Made by a program: the position numbers and the translations under genes. A stretch of DNA of 12,409 bases from Myxococcota bacterium (GTDB lineage Bacteria > Myxococcota > JACRCW01). The stretch is from NCBI GenBank assembly GCA_040752415.1, contig JBFMGU010000300.1, positions 1 to 12,409 of the forward strand, given 5' to 3'. Below are positions 7,310-12,409 of this stretch, in pieces; position 1 is the first letter of the stretch; each line of letters starts with the position of its first letter. The notes below the pieces were generated by a model. The model made no database searches. It was not told the origin of the DNA and was given only the letters and a program-made list of their open reading frames with translations.

Positions 7310-9127
7310 CTACTCGCACTGCGACGACGCGTTGCAGGTGCCCGCGCACACGTCGTTCGCGTTGCAGCCGGTGCCGCTGGGACAATCCTCGCCTCGGCCA
7401 CCGGACATTCCCGCAGTGGAGAAGAAGGTGGAGGTCACGGTGTCCTGGATGAGGACGTTGCCGGCGCTGCCCGGCAGGTCGTTGACCAGGGAGACCACGT
7501 TGGCGTTGGCGCTGGCGGTGATGCGCAGGTTGGCGTCCTGCTGGTTGATGGCCGTGGCGACCTTGTTGGCAACGTTGGCCGCCGAGTCGGCGTTCACCAC
7601 CCCGATGGGGACGTTGCTGGGGATGAACGTGAAGTTCTTGTCGAACTCGAAGGTGACCGCGTTCACCCCATCTCCCACGGTGAAGGTCTGTCCGTCGCCG
7701 AGGTTGGTGCCCGTGGTGGTGGTGATGCTGCCGGTGGCCGCGGTGGCGGCGTAGGCCGTGCCGCAATCCGCGCTGCAGGTGCCGCAGGCATCCGCGTTGC
7801 CGTCGTCGCAGGCCTCCGGCGCGTCCTGCACGCCGTCGCCACAGTAGGAGCCGGTGCGGTCCACCAGGGCGGTGCAGGTGTCATTGCAGACCTGGCAGCT
7901 GGGCGTGCCGTAGGGACACTCCGCGTCGGTGATGGTGTCTCCGTCGTCGCAGAGCTCCGTTCCGGTCTCGGCGTTGTCGCCGCAGTAGGGACCCACGAGT
8001 GAAAGCGTGGTGCTGCAGGTCTCATCACACCGCTCGCAGGTGGGCGTGCCGTAGGGACACTCCGTCTCGGTGACGGTGTTGCCGTCGTCGCAGGCCTCCC
8101 CGGGCTCCACGCTGTTGTTGCCACACTCCGACACCACCCCCGAGCTGGAGGAAGACGAGCTGGATGAAGAGGAGGAAGAGGAGCTGCTGGAGGACGAGGA
8201 GGACGACGAGCTGCTGGAGGACGACGAGCTGCTGGAGGAGGACGACGATGTCGTCGCGCCGGAAGACGCAGAGGAGGAAGACGTGCTGGTGGATGTGCTC
8301 GCGGCGCTGCTGGACGTGGTGCTGACGGACGATGACGTGGTGGTGCCACCCGTGGAGGAGGTGCCGCTGTTGGAAGACGAAGATGACGACGACGAGCTGC
8401 TGCTGGACGCGGCGCTGAAGCAGGGGTCGCTCTCCACGCCGGCGTGCGGGCAGTGGAACTCCGCGTTGCCGGCGGAGAGGCTGGCCACGGTGCCGTGGTA
8501 GCTGCGGCACTGCACGCTGTTGCCGCTGGTGGCCGAGGGGACGCCGTCCTGGGGCAGCTCGTTGCACGCCGCCAGGCACGCGTCGCGGTCCGTGTAGAGC
8601 TCCAGGTCCTCGGTGCAGGCGATGCTCACCACGTCGCAGTAGTGATCGCAGGCGGTGCCGCACACGTTGCCGCCTTCCGGACCGGCAGCGGCGCAGTTGG
8701 GCTCGAACCCGTCCACGCCGGCGTGGCGCAGCCGGCAGCCCAGCGTGTTGCCGCCCACATCGGCGCGCGTGCCCACGGTGCGGATCAGGTTGCAGGCGTC
8801 CAGGCAGAACTGGAGGGAGTGATACTGCAATTCCTCGCCCTGGCAGTTGGCCTGGAGGGCAGTGCAGTACTCCGCGCAGGTGGGTGGACCGCCCGCGCTG
8901 GAGCTCGTCGACGACGTGGAGGCGCTCCCCGAGGACGACGACGAAGCGCTGCTGGACGACCCGGTTGACGACGACGCGGGCCGGGGCTCACAACGGTTCT
9001 CCGCGTTGCAGAACGCGTCCGGGCCGCAGTCCTGCGCCTCGGTGTCCTTGCTGCACAATGGGCTCTGGCACGCATCCACGAGGAGCAGCGCCGCCGAAAG
9101 TGGAAGGAATGCCGCAATCCGTCGCAT
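7310..9127 (-). CDS. Large secreted/lipoprotein-like Cys-rich, Ser-rich protein with myxobacterial cysteine-rich (disulfide) repeats (605 aa)
   Basis: Signal peptide MRRIAAFLPLSAALLLVDAC from ATG 9127. Two poly-Ser/Thr linkers and three CG[N/D]...[EA/EL]CDDG[N/D] repeats resembling the Myxococcus cysteine-rich repeat/DUF4215. Confidence 0.88.
   Translation of the reverse strand: MRRIAAFLPLSAALLLVDACQSPLCSKDTEAQDCGPDAFCNAENRCEPRPASSSTGSSSSASSSSSGSASTSSTSSSAGGPPTCAEYCTALQANCQGEELQYHSLQFCLDACNLIRTVGTRADVGGNTLGCRLRHAGVDGFEPNCAAAGPEGGNVCGTACDHYCDVVSIACTEDLELYTDRDACLAACNELPQDGVPSATSGNSVQCRSYHGTVASLSAGNAEFHCPHAGVESDPCFSAASSSSSSSSSSSSNSGTSSTGGTTTSSSVSTTSSSAASTSTSTSSSSASSGATTSSSSSSSSSSSSSSSSSSSSSSSSSSSSSSSSSSSSGVVSECGNNSVEPGEACDDGNTVTETECPYGTPTCERCDETCSTTLSLVGPYCGDNAETGTELCDDGDTITDAECPYGTPSCQVCNDTCTALVDRTGSYCGDGVQDAPEACDDGNADACGTCSADCGTAYAATAATGSITTTTGTNLGDGQTFTVGDGVNAVTFEFDKNFTFIPSNVPIGVVNADSAANVANKVATAINQQDANLRITASANANVVSLVNDLPGSAGNVLIQDTVTSTFFSTAGMSGGRGEDCPSGTGCNANDVCAGTCNASSQCE
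7900..8064. repeat. Intragenic 141-bp (47 aa) tandem duplication
   Basis: Identical 24-mer TGGGCGTGCCGTAGGGACACTCCG at 7900-7923 and 8041-8064, encoding ECPYGTP in both CDDG repeats. Confidence 0.85.
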
Positions 9128-9149
9128 GCCAGACCCCGTACAACGTTGG

Positions 9150-9803
9150 TCAGAGGATGATGCCAGCCGCCACCGCCGCCGCACCCAGTCCCATGAGGAT
9201 CACACCCACCAGCAACGCACCTGCCGCCAGGGCGCCCGCTCCCGTCGAGACCGCGGGGAAGAGCGCGTCGCGTTGCGGGCGGGTCAGGCCGGGCGTGGGG
9301 ATGTAGAACACGTAGTACGGGATGGTGATGGCCCCCACGGAGAGCGCCACCGCCGGTAGCGCCAGCAGCCAGCTCACCGCGCCCGCCGCCAATCCCGCCA
9401 CGCCCGCGCCCAGCAGCGCCCCCGAGGGGATTCCGCCCTCCTTCTCTGCGACGGGCGCGGGAGCCGGGGTGGTGGGTGGCGGCGGCGGGGCGGTCGCAAC
9501 GGGGGCGACGGGGGCCGGCTCCAACGTGGGCGCGTCGGCGGGGAGGAGCGCGGCCTGCTGCAGGAGCTGCTGTTCCAGGCCCAGGACCGCCTCGATCTCC
9601 CGCGAGCTGACCACGCGGGAGAACGCGCGCGAGGAGCGGAGCTGCTCCACCATGTTGTCGCCGAGCACGTTGGCCATGCCCGCGGGGACGCCATACTCCG
9701 CACGGATGGGAAACGCCGCCACCGACGGAGCTTCCGCCCACGCCGAGGTGGCAAAGCCCAGCAGGCACCACATCCACACCAACGCTCCGACGCGACCCAT
9801 CAT
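9150..9803 (-). CDS. Signal-peptide membrane protein: partial alpha/beta domain, Pro-rich linker, C-terminal Gly-rich TM helices
   Basis: Signal peptide MMGRVGALVWMWCLLGFATSAWA, then SVAAFPI...FSRVVSSREIEAVLGLEQQ, a PPPPP linker and two long GxxxG-rich hydrophobic segments. Start uncertain (9800/9803 preferred over 9878). Confidence 0.78.
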   Translation of the reverse strand: MMGRVGALVWMWCLLGFATSAWAEAPSVAAFPIRAEYGVPAGMANVLGDNMVEQLRSSRAFSRVVSSREIEAVLGLEQQLLQQAALLPADAPTLEPAPVAPVATAPPPPPTTPAPAPVAEKEGGIPSGALLGAGVAGLAAGAVSWLLALPAVALSVGAITIPYYVFYIPTPGLTRPQRDALFPAVSTGAGALAAGALLVGVILMGLGAAAVAAGIIL

Positions 9804-9892
9804 CCTCGAGTCCACATTCCCCATACCCGAGCGAAACACCGCTGCCATCGTGGGGTCAAGCAGCACGCGTGTAGCCACGTTTGCGGCCAGGT

Positions 9893-11140
9893 TTAGTCGG
9901 CTTCGTCGTTGCGCGGCTCCAGCACCAGGAGCGGGCGGCCGGTGTCGTCCTCGTCGTGCTCCACGTCATAGCGCGCGAGGAAGCTGCCGCCGAGCAGGCC
10001 CTCCACGCCGGCGGGAAGCGTCTCCGCCACGGCCACCTCCACCTGCGTGGCGCTCGCGCCCTGCGTGGCCACCCGTTCCACCACGCCGCGCTGCGCGTGG
10101 ACCGGACCGTGGCTGGTGCGCAGGATGTACCGTGTGGGGTCGGTCAGCTTCACGCCGGCGCGCTCCGCGTCCGCACCGGAGAGCACCACCAGCGGCGCCA
10201 CCGGGTCGACGACGAGCTTGAGCCGCGCGGCGCCCACGGTGGCCTCCACGCGCCGGTCCACGCCCAGCTCCGCCCCGCCCTCCGCCCGACGCTGCGGACA
10301 ACGCACCTCCAGGCGCATCATCCGCTCCGCCACGCGCTCGTCGTCGCGGTGCTCGTCGTGGTGGAGAAGGAACAGCTCCAGCGGCAGCAGCGCCTCGCAG
10401 GGGCGATCCAGCTGGTCCAGCGCGCTGGCCAGGTTGAACGGGATGTTGCTGAGCGCGGGCTGCAGCAGCTGCGCCTGCGTGTAGTCGACGACGGCGTGCG
10501 TGAGGTCCCCCTTCATCTCGTGGGCCAGGCCGCGCCACCAGCGGAAGTCCTTGTCCTCCGGACCGTCGTCGATGAGCAGCGTGGCGTCGGCAATGGCCTG
10601 GTCGTACGCGCCCGCGCGCTTGTGGGCCTCGTAGGTGAGCCACGTGAGCCGCGGCCAGTCGCCGCATTGCTCCTGGAAGGTGCGCACCCGGGTCACCACG
10701 CCGTTGGTGTCGCCCGCGCCCAGCATGCGCTCCGCCAGGTCCAGCATGTGCCGCTTGTTGCACGGCGACTGGTCCAGGCGGGCGCGCAGCTGGCGGATCT
10801 CGCGGGTGTGCGGGCCGTAGTCGTAGGAGCCCAGCGTGCCCACGTTGTATTTGAAGGCCCCCACCCCGAGGATCACGCCGGTGACGGCCGCGGAGGCCAC
10901 CACGCTGAGCGCGGCCACCCGACGACGACGCCGTTTGTCGCCGAGGCACGCGGCGCACTGCGCACCCTCGAAGTCATGGACGGTGCAGACGCGGCAGATG
11001 GGTTCCAGGCAGGTGAAACAGGTGGTCTCCGCCGGCGTGCCGTAGTGGCGGTAGCACACCGGCTGGGCGGTGGCCGCGGGTTGCTCGTCGACGCGGAAGA
11101 TATGCGCGGAGGAGGCGGGTGGCGGACGCGGGTGGGCCAT
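9893..11140 (-). CDS. B-box-like zinc finger + TM + TPR + retropepsin-like aspartyl protease domain protein (415 aa)
   Basis: CYRH-x8-CFTC-x4-CRVC-x9-CAAC, then TM VAALSVVASAAVTGVILGVGAF, TPR-like helices (YDQAIADATLLI, WWRGLAHEMKGDLTHAVVDYTQA), and C-terminal LVVDPVAPLVVLS...GLLGGSFLARY. Start trimmed to ATG 11140, since the longer ORF overlaps the SDR gene antisense. Confidence 0.85.
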   Translation of the reverse strand: MAHPRPPPASSAHIFRVDEQPAATAQPVCYRHYGTPAETTCFTCLEPICRVCTVHDFEGAQCAACLGDKRRRRRVAALSVVASAAVTGVILGVGAFKYNVGTLGSYDYGPHTREIRQLRARLDQSPCNKRHMLDLAERMLGAGDTNGVVTRVRTFQEQCGDWPRLTWLTYEAHKRAGAYDQAIADATLLIDDGPEDKDFRWWRGLAHEMKGDLTHAVVDYTQAQLLQPALSNIPFNLASALDQLDRPCEALLPLELFLLHHDEHRDDERVAERMMRLEVRCPQRRAEGGAELGVDRRVEATVGAARLKLVVDPVAPLVVLSGADAERAGVKLTDPTRYILRTSHGPVHAQRGVVERVATQGASATQVEVAVAETLPAGVEGLLGGSFLARYDVEHDEDDTGRPLLVLEPRNDEAD

Positions 11141-11234
11141 GGGTCCCAGCAGTAGTACGCCGCAAACGCGTTGCGTAGGGACCACAGGTCGGTGCCATGG
11201 CCACATCCCGACGTCACGCACTAGGGTCACCGGC

Positions 11235-11918
11235 ATGGACAGGACTCCCACCCACGTCATGGTCACCGGCGCGGAAGGTGCGCTGGGCTCCGCCGTCACC
11301 AGCCGGTTGCTCGAAGCGGGCTGCCAGGTGGTCGCCACCACGCGCAAGCCGGTGTCGACGTCGCAGCAGGGCGTGCGCTGGGTGCGCATGGACGTCACCG
11401 ACGCGCGCAGCGTGCAGGAGGCGCTGGCCTCTCTCACCGCGGACAACGTGCCACTGGACGGACTGGTGCACTGCGCGGGCGGCTTCCGCTCCGGCCCGCT
11501 GGACCAGCTCTCCGACGAGGACCTGGACTTCCTGGTCCACACCAACCTGCGCTCGGCGCTCCTGCTCTTGCGCGCGGTGCTGCCCGGAATGAAGGCGCGC
11601 AACTTCGGTCGCGTGGTGCTGGTGGGCTCCCATTCCACGCTGCAGCCCGGTGCCAACGTGGCAACCTACGTGGCCACCAAGGCGGCGCTGAACGCCCTGA
11701 CGCAGTCGCTGGCGCAGGAGCTCCGCGCGTTCAACATCAACGTCAACGCGGTGCTGCCGGGCACGCTGGACACGCCCGCCAACCGTCGCGACATGCCGGA
11801 CGCGGACCACGCCGCGTGGGTGGGCCTGGACGCACTCTCCGAGATCATCTTCACGCTGCTGCAGCCCGCCACGCGTCCCATCCACGGCGCGCTGATTCCC
11901 GTGGCGGGCCGGCCCTGA
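11235..11918 (+). CDS. Short-chain dehydrogenase/reductase (SDR) family NAD(P)-dependent oxidoreductase (227 aa)
   Basis: Rossmann motif VMVTGAEGALG, LVHCAGG, catalytic YVATK, and NVNAVLPGTLDTPANR. Start at ATG 11235. Confidence 0.95.
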   Translation: MDRTPTHVMVTGAEGALGSAVTSRLLEAGCQVVATTRKPVSTSQQGVRWVRMDVTDARSVQEALASLTADNVPLDGLVHCAGGFRSGPLDQLSDEDLDFLVHTNLRSALLLLRAVLPGMKARNFGRVVLVGSHSTLQPGANVATYVATKAALNALTQSLAQELRAFNINVNAVLPGTLDTPANRRDMPDADHAAWVGLDALSEIIFTLLQPATRPIHGALIPVAGRP

Positions 11919-12121
11919 TGCCCTGACGACGTCACCGCCGCCCCCAGCGGCCGTGCGGGAGCGGTCCGCCTCCGCACCCGCGCAACGCTCCCACCTGCTC
12001 CCACGTCTTCGGCTCGGGGCCGCGGCGCGGACGTCAACGTGCTTGCCAGCTCTCCCGGCGCCACGCATCCTCTGGGTGGTGGCGTTGGGCGGGGCCTGCG
12101 CTCCAGCGAGGAACTGCTTCC

Positions 12122-12409
12122 ATGGATGTCCCGGTCGACGACTGGCGTGAGCGGCTCATCCGCATCCTGCTCATCGTGGCCTCGACGCTGGGGGCGCTGG
12201 CGGTGGGCTACAACCTGCTCTTCGTGGCGGGGCCGCGGCCCTACCTGTGGCTCACCTTCTACACGCTGAGCGTGATCCCGGCGTGGATGCGCTCCCTGCC
12301 GGTGCGCGTGCGCCTGGGTTTCCTGTTCGGGGGCTGGTACCTGCTCGGGGTGACCTCGCTGGCCAGCGTGGGCTTCCTGCTGGGCCCGGGCCTGCTGTTC
12401 GCGTCGCTG
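12122..12409 (+). CDS. Multi-pass membrane protein N-terminus, possibly the sensor region of a histidine kinase or GGDEF protein (partial)
   Basis: Hand-translated: MDVPVDDWRERLIRILLIVASTLGALAVGYNLLF...LPVRVRLGFLFGGWYLLGVTSLASVGFLLGPGLLFASL. GAGGA RBS at 12108-12112, open to the window end. The signalling assignment is inference only. Confidence 0.75.
   Translation, partial: MDVPVDDWRERLIRILLIVASTLGALAVGYNLLFVAGPRPYLWLTFYTLSVIPAWMRSLPVRVRLGFLFGGWYLLGVTSLASVGFLLGPGLLFASL

Noticed and set aside
8070..8501. Highly acidic 143-aa ORF on the + strand
   Set aside because: Antisense shadow of the poly-Ser/Thr linker of the minus-strand gene.
7310..9127. Multiheme cytochrome
   Set aside because: Many Cys and His residues but no CxxCH motifs.
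11142..11183. Imperfect hairpin GGTCCC...TACGC...GCGTA-GGGACC in the divergent gap
   Set aside because: Short, bulged and without a U-tract, so compatible with chance in GC-rich DNA.
11141..11656. 172-aa N-terminal extension of ORF 9893-11656
   Set aside because: Mostly antisense to the clear SDR gene. The recognisable protein begins near ATG 11140.
11918..11926. Coupled ATG overlapping the SDR stop (TGATG)
   Set aside because: Reads only Met-Pro-stop.

Overview
GC-rich (about 70% by eye) bacterial DNA with a Myxococcota/deltaproteobacterial-like gene content. In order: a truncated secreted/membrane protein, a 4-TM protein, a DUF2330 protein, a rhomboid protease with a TPR-like tail, a stand-alone grpE, a Hanks-type Ser/Thr kinase with a STAS/SpoIIAA-like C-terminus, a single-domain polyphosphate kinase 2, a large Cys/Ser-rich secreted protein with myxobacterial disulfide repeats, a signal-peptide membrane protein, a zinc finger-TM-TPR-retropepsin-like protein with a degenerate active site, an SDR oxidoreductase, and the start of a multi-TM sensor-like protein. 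The most unusual part is the ~690 bp gap (3484-4172) between the convergent rhomboid and grpE genes. It holds two diverged ~200 bp units plus a partial third. Each complete unit has inverted arms around an AT-rich array of 21-bp-period palindromic TGTYA-N9-TRACA boxes. All assignments are by eye, with no database searches.
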